DNA of 64,000 bases from a virus (lineage: Duplodnaviria; Caudoviricetes): IMG/VR virus record IMGVR_UViG_3300032227_000976, positions 5,239 to 69,238 of that record; one strand, given 5' to 3'. The position numbers were made by a program, and so were the translations under genes. Below the pieces are notes generated by a model that ran no database searches, was not told the origin of the DNA, and worked only from the letters and a program-made list of their open reading frames with translations. Positions 1 to 8,707 of the stretch are shown one piece after another. Position 1 is the first letter of the stretch; the number at the start of each line of letters is the position of its first letter.

Positions 1-129
1 GGTGACGAACCGGACGCGGATCTTGCGTCCCGCGGGGATTGACCAGCAGACCTTGCGGTTGCCTGACGACTTCATCCATTCGACCTCGCCGTTCATGAGG
101 TCCTCGTCGATGTATCCGAAATTAGCCAT
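1..129 (-). CDS. Partial gene, N-terminus MANFGYIDEDLMNGEVEWMKSSGNRKVCWSIPAGRKIRVRFVT; possibly ssDNA-binding protein
   Basis: ATG at 129, open to the window edge. An IRVRF segment resembles gp32-like phage SSB N-termini. Lies downstream of the primase/helicase genes. Function is inference. Confidence 0.4.
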   Translation of the reverse strand, partial: MANFGYIDEDLMNGEVEWMKSSGNRKVCWSIPAGRKIRVRFVT

Positions 130-167
130 AGTTGTGTTTTTCCTTCTTTTCTGTGTGGGTGTGGTGG

Positions 168-446
168 TTACTGGTTCTTTTTGGCGTTGACTTGCTGCAT
201 GACGTACTTCGCGTTTTCCGCGATGGTGAACGCTCCGTCGAGGGTGACCTCGATGACGCGTGCTTGAAGGTCGGCTGCTGACTCGCCGGGGAGGGCGGTA
301 TCGCCGAACTCGAACTTGGGCCATGCGGTGCGCCCGTCGACGATGATCGTCATGCCGAGCGATGACGTGGCGTGGGCGTTCTCGCTGACGGGCAGCGGCA
401 GCGCCTCCTCGTCGTACTCTTCTAGCTCGTGTGCGATGTCAGTCAT
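168..446 (-). CDS. Hypothetical protein (92 aa)
   Basis: Overlaps the upstream gene stop; RBS-like AAGGAG upstream. Confidence 0.75.
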   Translation of the reverse strand: MTDIAHELEEYDEEALPLPVSENAHATSSLGMTIIVDGRTAWPKFEFGDTALPGESAADLQARVIEVTLDGAFTIAENAKYVMQQVNAKKNQ

Positions 447-879
447 TGCTACCTGTCTCCTTCTTCGGTTTCGCCGTGAACTTCACGTACGGCTTCTTGG
501 GTGCGGTGATCACTGAACCGGCCTCGGCACGCCCGCTCGTGAAGAAGCCAAGGTGCTGGGCTTCTTTGAGGAGGGTGTTGTCAACGACCTGCTTGGTGAT
601 CTGCTCTGCGAGATCAGGGTTGACCCCGCGGAGGGCTTCGAGGTCCACTGAGGTGGACGTTCCGCGCACAACGGCGACGGTGACGATGGTGTCCTCGTCC
701 TCATATGCGTAGGACTTGTCGATCGTCTTAGCGACCCACTCGGTCAGGAACTCAATCTCCTTATCGAGGGAGTCGCGTTCGCGCTTGAGGCGGGACAGGC
801 GCTTGATGTCATCAAGATCCTGATCGCTGATGTCGATCATTTCGATCGGTTCTGCCTGCACTGCGGTCTCCTCCTTCAT
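439..879 (-). CDS. Hypothetical coiled-coil protein (about 146 aa)
   Basis: ATGA overlap with the primase stop at 876-879. Alternative GTG at 861 behind AAGGAGGAG. The 185-aa ORF extension overlaps the primase and is unlikely. Confidence 0.75.
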   Translation of the reverse strand: MKEETAVQAEPIEMIDISDQDLDDIKRLSRLKRERDSLDKEIEFLTEWVAKTIDKSYAYEDEDTIVTVAVVRGTSTSVDLEALRGVNPDLAEQITKQVVDNTLLKEAQHLGFFTSGRAEAGSVITAPKKPYVKFTAKPKKETGSND

Positions 880-1703
880 GCGAACTTGCGATAGGTGGTG
901 CGTGAGATGGCATCGCCCAGTCCTCGTATCCGTGTTCCCACGGGCACGTCTCCTGGGTCCTTGCCTCCGATACTGCCCCAGGGGTATGACATACAAGGGG
1001 CGATATCGGTCATGGATGCTTCAGCGCGTTGCATTGCCAAGCGTCCAGCGTCATCGTCATCAAAGGCGGCAACGACCAGATACGGTGCGAGATCCGCGAT
1101 GATGCGAGTTTGTGGTGCATGGAGCCCAGCGCCGAAGCAGCCCAAGACCGTCCAATGGCCAGGGATGCCGTCTTGCGCGAGCGCCATGACGTCGGCCGCG
1201 CCCTCAACGAGGACGACGACCGGGTTGGGCCTGATATGCCCGTAGAGCGTCCGGGAGGTGCTTACCCCGAACGGGTATCGGTACTTCGGCTGCTCATCCG
1301 ACCGGACGACAACTCCCACTGGTCTGCCTGCGGTGTCACGGACCGGGTAGGTCGGTAGACCGCTGACTGGGTGAGTGCCGCACCGGTACTCCGATGCGAC
1401 GTCGTGCCCGAACCGGGACACCCAGTAGGGGCTGGGTTCGTGTGCATCAAACAGGTCCAGCCACGACTCGGTCATCACTCGCTGCGGGCGAGTGCCCCGC
1501 ATGACGTCAAGGAGCTCCTTCGCCTCGGGGATGAGGTCAAGTCCGTCGACCGCACCGCTAGCACCGCAGGCGTAACACACCCACAGGCCTTTGATCACGT
1601 TGACAGACGCCGATGCATTGGTGTCGTCGTGGACGTGGCACTTGAATGGACGTTCAGTGCCTCTGCCTGTGGCGAGCGCCTCGGCGAGGGTGTGGGCGCT
1701 CAC
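876..1703 (-). CDS. dnaG: DNA primase (CHC2 zinc finger + TOPRIM)
   Basis: CHVHDD...CYAC zinc finger; VLVEGAADVMAL and FDDDDAG TOPRIM motifs; GTG start coupled to the upstream stop. Confidence 0.9.
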   Translation of the reverse strand: MSAHTLAEALATGRGTERPFKCHVHDDTNASASVNVIKGLWVCYACGASGAVDGLDLIPEAKELLDVMRGTRPQRVMTESWLDLFDAHEPSPYWVSRFGHDVASEYRCGTHPVSGLPTYPVRDTAGRPVGVVVRSDEQPKYRYPFGVSTSRTLYGHIRPNPVVVLVEGAADVMALAQDGIPGHWTVLGCFGAGLHAPQTRIIADLAPYLVVAAFDDDDAGRLAMQRAEASMTDIAPCMSYPWGSIGGKDPGDVPVGTRIRGLGDAISRTTYRKFA

Positions 1704-2011
1704 GTTTCTTCTGCAATCCACGCATCAACAAGCAGGGATGTTCTTTCGGGTGGCGTTTCGACGCCCGAGAAGTCACCGTCTTCAACCATGTCGACATACA
1801 GCGAATAGACGCCTTGGTAGTGGGCTTTGATTCCCCGCTTATGCAACTTCTTGATGGCTGAGCGCGTTACTGTCGCGCCGTATGCCCGCTCTTCATCGGT
1901 TGGCGCTTCTGGCCAAAGTTTCCGGTGGTAGTCGCGTTGGTAGCCTTTCCAGCGCGAAGCGATCCCTTCTCCTGGACGCCATCCGTGCTGCTGATCGGTG
2001 TCGGTGCTCAC
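1700..2011 (-). CDS. Hypothetical protein (103 aa)
   Basis: Tightly coupled 4-nt overlaps on both sides. Confidence 0.75.
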   Translation of the reverse strand: MSTDTDQQHGWRPGEGIASRWKGYQRDYHRKLWPEAPTDEERAYGATVTRSAIKKLHKRGIKAHYQGVYSLYVDMVEDGDFSGVETPPERTSLLVDAWIAEET

Positions 2012-2313
2012 GTAGCCACCTTGTGAGGCTCTAGGACCGTCTCCCAGTCAGGGCACATGATCCCAGGCCAAAACACCAGCGTGCGCTTGCCTCGGTGGTG
2101 TTCGATGACCGCGCTGCTGGCGAGTGCGTCCACGAGTTCGCTGCTGCCGATGACGCGGACAATGGCAACGCCGAGTGCTACAACATCCGCCGAGTCAAGC
2201 AGGATGCCGAAGCAGTAGCTGTGGTAGATGATGTCGTAGCAGGGTGTGACGGCGTTCTTGTCTAAGGACAGTTCTGCGAGCAGCCCGTTGATGTGGTTGT
2301 TGCTGATGTTCAT
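2008..2313 (-). CDS. Hypothetical protein (101 aa)
   Basis: Starts at the recurrent start-associated sequence AAGGAGACCAGCAATG. Confidence 0.8.
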   Translation of the reverse strand: MNISNNHINGLLAELSLDKNAVTPCYDIIYHSYCFGILLDSADVVALGVAIVRVIGSSELVDALASSAVIEHHRGKRTLVFWPGIMCPDWETVLEPHKVAT

Positions 2314-2420
2314 TGCTGGTCTCCTTGTTATGGTGTTTCGTTTGGTTCCGTGGGGACGGCGGCGCTTCCCTTCGCTTCAAGCCGCTCCGCTTTTGTGACG
2401 GCTTTCACCGTCCCCACGGG

Positions 2421-3704
2421 TCAGTGGGCCTCCGCGATCTCGCGGTCGGCTTCCATGAGGGACAAGGCGGCGTCTGCACCGATGTCTTCGAACCTGCGCA
2501 GCCCTGGCTCAAACCGGGCGTACCAGCGGGCCCCTGAGGCCCCGTGGCGGTTCTTCACGAGTGAGTACTCGTGGACACGGCTGACGTTCTTCTCCCGCTG
2601 GATGGTGACAAGGACGTCGGCGTCCTGTCCGAGCGCATCTGACTGGGCGAGATGCTCAGGCGATGCGTCTTTGCTTCGAGCACCCTCCCGGTTGATCTGT
2701 GCTGCTGACACGATCGGGATTGAATGCTCCAGCGCGGCTTCTTTCAGTTGGTTGGAGATCATCGCTGCCGCCCGCCAGTCCTCAACTGCACGCTGACCTG
2801 TTGCTGAGCGCATGAGGCCGATGTAGTCGACGATGGCAATTGATCCGACCTCGTGGTTGGCAGCAATGGCAGACGCGTCAATAGGACCTCCTGAGGGGTC
2901 GGATATGGTGATTCGCCCGCATCTGCCAGCCCATTCGTCGACGAGTTCAGTGCGCTGTGGCTTACTGAGGTCCTCCCACACTCCGTGGTAGGTGTCACGC
3001 AGGGCGATCTGGTGGATTCGGTCGATGACTTCCTTTGAACTCATCTCCAGGCTGTAGAACTTCACGTTCCAGCCGGCCTCTGCCGCTGCAACGGCGATCG
3101 TGAGGAGTTTCCAACTCTTCCCCACACCAAGACGTGCTGCGATATACCAGAGGTTTCCAGGGGCGATACCTCCGGTGAGGCGAGTGAGCCGTCCGTTTCC
3201 GTCTAAATCCACGGGTACACGCGAAAGGCTTGAATCGTCGTCAAGGAGGTCATAGTCGGTGACGGAACTCGACCGGTGAGTGCCGATCGCGTACCGTCCA
3301 AGCCCTTGGACGAGCTTCTGGTAGGCCTCGTAGGTGTTGGCATCTGGTTCGCCGACATCCAGGAGGTAGTCACTGACCTCTTTGCGAGTGCCGCGGAAGT
3401 TCCACGCTTGGATGAGGTTTGCTGCGGCCCAGTGGGGGTCTTGGTTCACCATGTAGGCGAATGCGGGGTATTTACGCCGAACAAGGCCGAGATCAGGTGC
3501 TCTGCCTGCGCGTGCTTGATGCTCACGGCAGAAGTTGTGAATCTGCCTGATGCTCATGATGTGGTGGTCAAGCACTTTGTACATCTCCGGCGAGTACTGC
3601 CCTGAGTCGATCAGTGCCGAGATGAAGAGTGATTCTGGGATGAGGTGCTTGTCTCGTTCTTCCCTCATGTCGTAGACGTTGTTGTCGTAGACGGTTAGTG
3701 CCAT
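2421..3704 (-). CDS. dnaB: DnaB-like replicative helicase
   Basis: Walker A AARLGVGKS; FYSLEMS; IVDYIGLM; SAAQINREG; KNRHG motifs. Confidence 0.93.
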   Translation of the reverse strand: MALTVYDNNVYDMREERDKHLIPESLFISALIDSGQYSPEMYKVLDHHIMSIRQIHNFCREHQARAGRAPDLGLVRRKYPAFAYMVNQDPHWAAANLIQAWNFRGTRKEVSDYLLDVGEPDANTYEAYQKLVQGLGRYAIGTHRSSSVTDYDLLDDDSSLSRVPVDLDGNGRLTRLTGGIAPGNLWYIAARLGVGKSWKLLTIAVAAAEAGWNVKFYSLEMSSKEVIDRIHQIALRDTYHGVWEDLSKPQRTELVDEWAGRCGRITISDPSGGPIDASAIAANHEVGSIAIVDYIGLMRSATGQRAVEDWRAAAMISNQLKEAALEHSIPIVSAAQINREGARSKDASPEHLAQSDALGQDADVLVTIQREKNVSRVHEYSLVKNRHGASGARWYARFEPGLRRFEDIGADAALSLMEADREIAEAH

Positions 3705-3826
3705 GCGGTCTCCGTCGGGGTTGAAATGGGTGGTTGCTCAGTGTGCATCAAAACCGAGGTGAATGTCTCAAGAACGCGCATTCTAGTTGCCTCTTGGATG
3801 CACACAAGAGAATCCGGGCATGAGAA

Positions 3827-3853
3827 AAGCCCCCGGAGGATCTCCGAGGGCTT
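3827..3853 (-). terminator. Hairpin with U-tract in the leader of the replication operon
   Basis: Minus strand AAGCCCTCGGAG-ATC-CTCCGGGGGCTT-TTCTC, between the leftward promoter and dnaB. Confidence 0.65.
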
Positions 3854-3900
3854 ACGTCGAGTTCAGCAAGCGGGCAGTATTGCCCTACCCACTGAACCGC

Positions 3901-3929
3901 AGTCTACCGGGTGATGTGTCACTATGCAA
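3901..3929 (-). promoter_or_regulatory. Leftward sigma70/sigmaA-like promoter
   Basis: TTGCAT-17 bp-TAGACT on the minus strand, overlapped by phased 10-bp repeats. Confidence 0.65.
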
Positions 3930-3991
3930 CACTATGAAACACTTCCATGATCATTACCGAGAAAATGATGCATTGATGTGCTCTTATGTGC

Positions 3992-4020
3992 TTGCACTGC
4001 TTGACAAGGGTGAGTAGAAT
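3992..4020 (+). promoter_or_regulatory. Rightward sigma70/sigmaA-like promoter
   Basis: TTGCAC-17 bp-TAGAAT, divergent from the leftward promoter. Confidence 0.6.
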
Positions 4021-4432
4021 CAACAATGTCACGTGGCGAGGTAGCCAAGGCAAGCAGCTACACCGCCATGACGCACAAGACCCAGGGGAGACGAACAGAT
4101 CATTGCGCATCTGAGCATGCGATTGAACCTGAGAGGTAGACCCTCTTCTTCCAAGCGCCAACTGCCTTGTTGGTGAAGCAGGAGAACAAGAAGAAGCAGC
4201 CACAAATCCAGAAGCGTCAGACACGCAACGTCACAACTTGATATTGACCCCATCAGGTCTCCTTCTGGTGGGTGGGGTCACTATCAATACATAAAGGAAA
4301 CACGCTGCACCGCAGGAATCGAATGCCAGACGTGGCAGACGATCACTGCACCCTCCTGGCCAGGAAGGGCACGCACTCAGGTACTGACGCCTCCCGCGCA
4401 GAGCGCGTCCGGCGTCACACAGCACACCACAT

Positions 4433-4777
4433 ATGCGTGATGGCGAACGATTACTGACACGCAAGCGACGAGCCACAGACACACCCGTGGCAAAAAATAT
4501 GAGCACGCACCAGAAACACTCGCAATGTGTCAGAATGCAGCGCATGAGACTTTTCACCACATCGCTGCACCGCGAAAACAAAGACCTACGGCTCGCTATC
4601 GCGGACTGTCGTGTCACTATCAATAGCCTCGTCGCAGAAAATATCAACCTCACGGCCCGCAATGCCCTCCTTCAGTTAACACTCGAAGAAAGGCAGCGGG
4701 CCGTTTTTGCATTCCCTGGAACAGTCAAGAAGAAGAAACGACCGTCCACGACAGTGAAAGGGAAGACCAGCCCGTGA
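4433..4777 (+). CDS. Hypothetical coiled-coil protein (start uncertain)
   Basis: Leu-heptad segment and basic C-terminus; coupled to the next gene. Confidence 0.65.
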   Translation: MRDGERLLTRKRRATDTPVAKNMSTHQKHSQCVRMQRMRLFTTSLHRENKDLRLAIADCRVTINSLVAENINLTARNALLQLTLEERQRAVFAFPGTVKKKKRPSTTVKGKTSP

Positions 4778-5145
4778 CACGACAGTCCACGACAGTGAAC
4801 ACTCGACAGGCTCACACCCTTCACCGGGCAAGTGACCCAGTCACCTCCCGGCAGGCAGCACACACCCTCGACACCACCAGCATGCGCTTCGCACTCCTCG
4901 CAGTATTCGCAAGCCACCCCCGAGGACTCACAGCTGAGGAAGCATCAACCCTCGCCGGATACGGTGCAGGCGTAGGTCCATGGAAGCGTGTATCAGACCT
5001 CGAATACGAGCAGCTCATTGAACGTGCCAAGACACCAGACGGCAAAGATCAGGTTCGCACAGCCGCATCAGGCAGAGCACAACTCGTTCGGGTTATCACC
5101 AGCGCAGGCAGGGCAGAACACGCATACCTGAGCAAGGCCTGCTGA
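4774..5145 (+). CDS. Winged-helix DNA-binding protein
   Basis: GLTAEEAS...WKRVSDL...SGRAQLV pattern typical of phage wHTH proteins. Confidence 0.65.
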   Translation: MTRQSTTVNTRQAHTLHRASDPVTSRQAAHTLDTTSMRFALLAVFASHPRGLTAEEASTLAGYGAGVGPWKRVSDLEYEQLIERAKTPDGKDQVRTAASGRAQLVRVITSAGRAEHAYLSKAC

Positions 5146-5312
5146 TGGCTGTCATCGGCTCGGATATCACCATTGACGGCGAACGCCTCATGCTGTGGTG
5201 CGAAGCACCCATCCCAGGACAGTGGTGGGCACGCAAGCAGGATGGAAAGACCACAGCACTCGTGCGCAAGTCCAAGGCTAAAGACACCGCTGGGATGTGG
5301 GTGTGGGTATGA
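5145..5312 (+). CDS. Small hypothetical protein (55 aa, MAVIGSDITIDG...)
   Basis: Read by eye; TGATG overlap upstream and ATGA overlap downstream. Confidence 0.65.
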   Translation: MAVIGSDITIDGERLMLWCEAPIPGQWWARKQDGKTTALVRKSKAKDTAGMWVWV

Positions 5313-5467
5313 AGCCGTGCACATGCCGGGCACAGAACCTGGTCTTAGACAAGCCGTACCTCATTCGTCAACGCATCGCCGAGATGCTTCACAAGCAGGG
5401 CATGGTGCAAGTCAGGTGCCCTACATGCCGGCTGTTCACGGTATGGACAGCGAAGAAGACGACATGA
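5309..5467 (+). CDS. Small Zn-ribbon protein (52 aa, MKPCTC...RCPTCR)
   Basis: Read by eye; coupled ATGA overlaps; CxC and CxxC pairs. Confidence 0.6.
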   Translation: MKPCTCRAQNLVLDKPYLIRQRIAEMLHKQGMVQVRCPTCRLFTVWTAKKTT

Positions 5468-5673
5468 GTTTCGACCCAGATGAGACACGCCCAAGGCATT
5501 GCTGGGTGCTGCGCACAAATGGCATCCACATCATGTACGCGTGCGCTCACTGCAAGTTCAATCCCCGGCAGCCAATGTGGCCATTCACCCCTGATGGGCA
5601 TGTCAAAGTGGTTCAGTCGCTAGAGCAGCATTCGACACACTGCTGGTTTGTGCGACACAAGGTGGCACTATGA
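5464..5673 (+). CDS. Small Cys/His protein (69 aa, MSFDPDETRPRHCW...)
   Basis: 3' part of the 166-aa ORF; ATGA-coupled to the previous gene and to terminase. Confidence 0.6.
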   Translation: MSFDPDETRPRHCWVLRTNGIHIMYACAHCKFNPRQPMWPFTPDGHVKVVQSLEQHSTHCWFVRHKVAL

Positions 5674-7223
5674 CCGCGGAACTCACGAGGACCACACTCA
5701 GCCTCGACGACGACGGCAACCGCATCTACCCTCGGCTGCAACTCTCCAGACCGCCAGCGAACCCTGAAGAGCTCTGGTGGCTGGTGAAAGCCCTATGGAA
5801 TGTGGAGATCCCACGGGTGAAAGTGTGCCCGGACCACGTCGCCCCATTCGACGCTTTCGCGGAAGGCTACTTCGGCAACGAGAACAACTTCTGCCTCTGG
5901 TACGGGTCACGTGGCACCGGCAAAAGTTACATGCTCGCGCTCCTCGCCGTCACCAAAAGCATGGTGCAGGAGACGAACACGGTCCTCCTCGGCGGATCAA
6001 TGGCTCAAGCAGCAAACGTCCAAGAACACATTGAAAACATGCTCCTCACCCCCGGTGCACCCACATGGGCGGTTGCACGCCAGATCCAGACGGAAATCAC
6101 GTTTAATGGCGGCAACTGGATCAGGCCACTGCCGGCATCCCAGAAGACTGTCCGAGGCCCCCACCCTTCGAACACGTTCCTGGACGAGATCGATGAGATG
6201 GACGAGAAAGTGTATGACGCCGCCATGGGGCAGGCGATGGCGAAACCAAACGCGCGCGGCATTGTCATACCGGAGATGGTTGTTGCTTCGAGCACATGGC
6301 AGAACCCTGTTGGCAACTTCTCCCGGGTGCTGGGCATGTGCCGGGACAAAGGCCTGCCCATCAGGACATGGTGCTTTCAAGAAGTACTGAAGACTGAGTC
6401 GAACCCGTCAGGGTGGATGGACCCGGCGTTCATTGAGCGTAAACGTGCCTCCGTACCGGCGGAGCTGTTCCGCGTCGAATACGAACTAGGTGAGCCAGCG
6501 GGTGGTTCGAGGGCGTTCGACCTCGCACTTTTGAACAAGGCGTTCACACATATGGACACGGTGAGCGAACGCCATAGTTCCGATGACGACGAATGGGTGT
6601 TTGAGGAGCCGCAGGCGACCGGCTGGTATGCGATCGGCGCTGACTGGGCGAAGGAGAAGGACAAGACGGTCATCGTCGTTGCCAAGGTGGACGAGAAGCC
6701 GTGGAGGATCGTGTACCTGAGGGCAGTGAACAGGAAGCCGTACCCGGAGATGGCGGCAATGTTCAATGACGCTCTCATGAAGTACCAGGCGGTCGCCGCC
6801 CATGACGGAACTGGTATCGGCAACGTCATCAACGACTACATCGATGAACGGGCCCACAAGGTGCTGATGGTGGGCAGGGGCCGGACGGAACTACTCGTGG
6901 ACTACATCAACGCGGTTGAGAAGGGCGTGTACCGGCTTCCGGCGAACACCCCGGCGTTCGACGCGCATAAGGGTACGACCGTGGATGAGGTGTATGCGCC
7001 GGGGAAGTGGAACAGCCATCTGTCGGATTTCGTGGCGGCATTCTCGATCATGCACAATGCGGCAACGAAGCAGGCTCCTGCGGCTGCTGGTGAGGGTGTG
7101 AAGAAGACGGCGTACGTGTCCCGGTCGCAGCGTGACTTGGAGTATGGACCGCAAGAAACGGTGATCGCGGTGATGGGTGACGTGCGAGTGGTTGAAGGGG
7201 GTGACAACCCGTACGTCATCTAG
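5670..7223 (+). CDS. terL: Terminase large subunit
   Basis: Walker A GSRGTGKS; Walker B FLDEIDE; nuclease IGADWAKEKDKT and HDGTGIG; D-x-V near the C-terminus. Confidence 0.93.
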   Translation: MTAELTRTTLSLDDDGNRIYPRLQLSRPPANPEELWWLVKALWNVEIPRVKVCPDHVAPFDAFAEGYFGNENNFCLWYGSRGTGKSYMLALLAVTKSMVQETNTVLLGGSMAQAANVQEHIENMLLTPGAPTWAVARQIQTEITFNGGNWIRPLPASQKTVRGPHPSNTFLDEIDEMDEKVYDAAMGQAMAKPNARGIVIPEMVVASSTWQNPVGNFSRVLGMCRDKGLPIRTWCFQEVLKTESNPSGWMDPAFIERKRASVPAELFRVEYELGEPAGGSRAFDLALLNKAFTHMDTVSERHSSDDDEWVFEEPQATGWYAIGADWAKEKDKTVIVVAKVDEKPWRIVYLRAVNRKPYPEMAAMFNDALMKYQAVAAHDGTGIGNVINDYIDERAHKVLMVGRGRTELLVDYINAVEKGVYRLPANTPAFDAHKGTTVDEVYAPGKWNSHLSDFVAAFSIMHNAATKQAPAAAGEGVKKTAYVSRSQRDLEYGPQETVIAVMGDVRVVEGGDNPYVI

Positions 7224-7251
7224 ATCGACAATTCACGAATTTAGGGAGTTT

Positions 7252-7740
7252 GTGGAACGACAACCTGCCACACTCTCTTTCATGGGTCTCTTTGGAAAGA
7301 AGTCGTCGTCTTCACGCATGTCGCCACAAGGATGGCAACTCCCGCCCGATTCATGGAAAGAGGCGGTCATCAAAGGCCCCGGCACGTTCGCTCAGGAAGT
7401 CATGGGCGAATCGTTTTACGATGACAACCTGCGTGAGATTATGAACGACAATGGCATTAACAGCATCGGGCCTCACCCTGTTGGCTTGGCATTCTTATTT
7501 CCTGAGCCCCTCAACAAGTTCGATCCGAAGGCAATCGCGGTCGTGATTGACCGGAAACAGGTCGGGCATATCCCAAAGGACGACACAGCCTTCTACCACG
7601 CGGTGCTGAAACAACTTGGGGATAGTGGTCAATACCCATTAGTGGAGGCTCAGTTGTACTTGGGCAGCTCGGACAGAATCGGCATATCCCTTGACTTCGA
7701 TGTCGCTGAGAAGGCCAAGTTCTTCCAAGAAGGCAGCTAG
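7252..7740 (+). CDS. HIRAN-domain protein
   Basis: EPLNKFDPKAIAV...VGHIPK is the HIRAN signature. Start GTG 7252 (RBS AGGGAG) or ATG 7282. Confidence 0.8.
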   Translation: MERQPATLSFMGLFGKKSSSSRMSPQGWQLPPDSWKEAVIKGPGTFAQEVMGESFYDDNLREIMNDNGINSIGPHPVGLAFLFPEPLNKFDPKAIAVVIDRKQVGHIPKDDTAFYHAVLKQLGDSGQYPLVEAQLYLGSSDRIGISLDFDVAEKAKFFQEGS

Positions 7741-7762
7741 ATATCCATCTCGTAGGTGGCGA

Positions 7763-8554
7763 TCACAGCTTGAACTTCACCGGTTTCGACATTTGAGGCG
7801 TGGGATCAGAGGTCACGATCCGGTACTGGTACGTCTTGCCTTTCTTAGCTGACTCATCGAAAAACCAGCCGCCGTAATCAATGGTCTTGGTGGTGTCTAT
7901 CGTCTTCCATGGCGCGCCGGCGCTCCTGCGCTGCAATGTGATGGGTGCGAGTATCGGGACGTTCGCCCCATAAGTGACTACTGTGGCGCAACCCTTCTGT
8001 CCGCACATACGCGTCGGATTGACGATGAGGGTCCATGTCGGGGCAACTAATGTTGTGCTAGTTCCGTCCCACGTGAAGCGCCAGTCGTAGCTGATCTTGT
8101 CTTCCTTGAGCCATGAGCACCCGTCCGGGTCATACACGGAGCATTTCCACTGGCCGGCAACGTTAACTGTGAGGGAATACGTGTAGTCGCCGGGCGGCAG
8201 TCCGGTTGGGGTCTGGTTGTAGTAAGCGGAGCCGATGTAATCCGTTGCCGGTGGCCGCTTGCCCCAGCCGGATCCACCTGTGGTGAACGCACTGCTTATC
8301 CTCAATGGAACAGGGCCATTCGGTCCGGTAAGACTGGTTGAGGACCATCTCAGCCGGTCGGTGATGCGAAAGTCTGGGTCGCGGGCGACTAGCTGCGGAC
8401 CGCACCAGTTCACTTCGTCAAGGATTCCCCCGTTGCACCAGGGGCCGACGCTGAGGTACCAGTCGGTTGGGCTTGCTGCGTGAGCGACTGGCGCTGCGGC
8501 CAGCAATCCTGATCCAGTGAGCAGCATGACAACTATCCCGATTGCGCGTTTCAC
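7763..8554 (-). CDS. Secreted/surface protein with signal peptide (263 aa)
   Basis: MKRAIGIVVMLLTGSGLLAAAPVAHA-A signal peptide; beta-rich body; antisense to the late operon. Confidence 0.8.
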   Translation of the reverse strand: MKRAIGIVVMLLTGSGLLAAAPVAHAASPTDWYLSVGPWCNGGILDEVNWCGPQLVARDPDFRITDRLRWSSTSLTGPNGPVPLRISSAFTTGGSGWGKRPPATDYIGSAYYNQTPTGLPPGDYTYSLTVNVAGQWKCSVYDPDGCSWLKEDKISYDWRFTWDGTSTTLVAPTWTLIVNPTRMCGQKGCATVVTYGANVPILAPITLQRRSAGAPWKTIDTTKTIDYGGWFFDESAKKGKTYQYRIVTSDPTPQMSKPVKFKL

Positions 8555-8707
8555 TTGATCGCCCCTGCCGCTTCGATATCTCTGTTCGCGAGTTTGGCAC
8601 GGGCGGTGGGCTGGCGTCTATCTGGTTGCAGGTGTTAGACCGACGCTGCCAGCATTGATGCAGTGTGGGGCATAGACTCGGAGCATTCTGATCCAAGGAG
8701 TCTGCCG

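Noticed and set aside
2348-2425. Group II intron domain V look-alike (CCGT..GACGG-TGAAAG-CCGTC-AC)
   Set aside because: Lacks the AGC catalytic triad, a proper lower stem and a domain VI terminus; no RT/maturase nearby.
4277-4625. 13-bp direct repeat GTCACTATCAATA (4277 and 4613)
   Set aside because: One copy is inside a coding region, and a few dozen 13-mer pairs are expected by chance in 64 kb.
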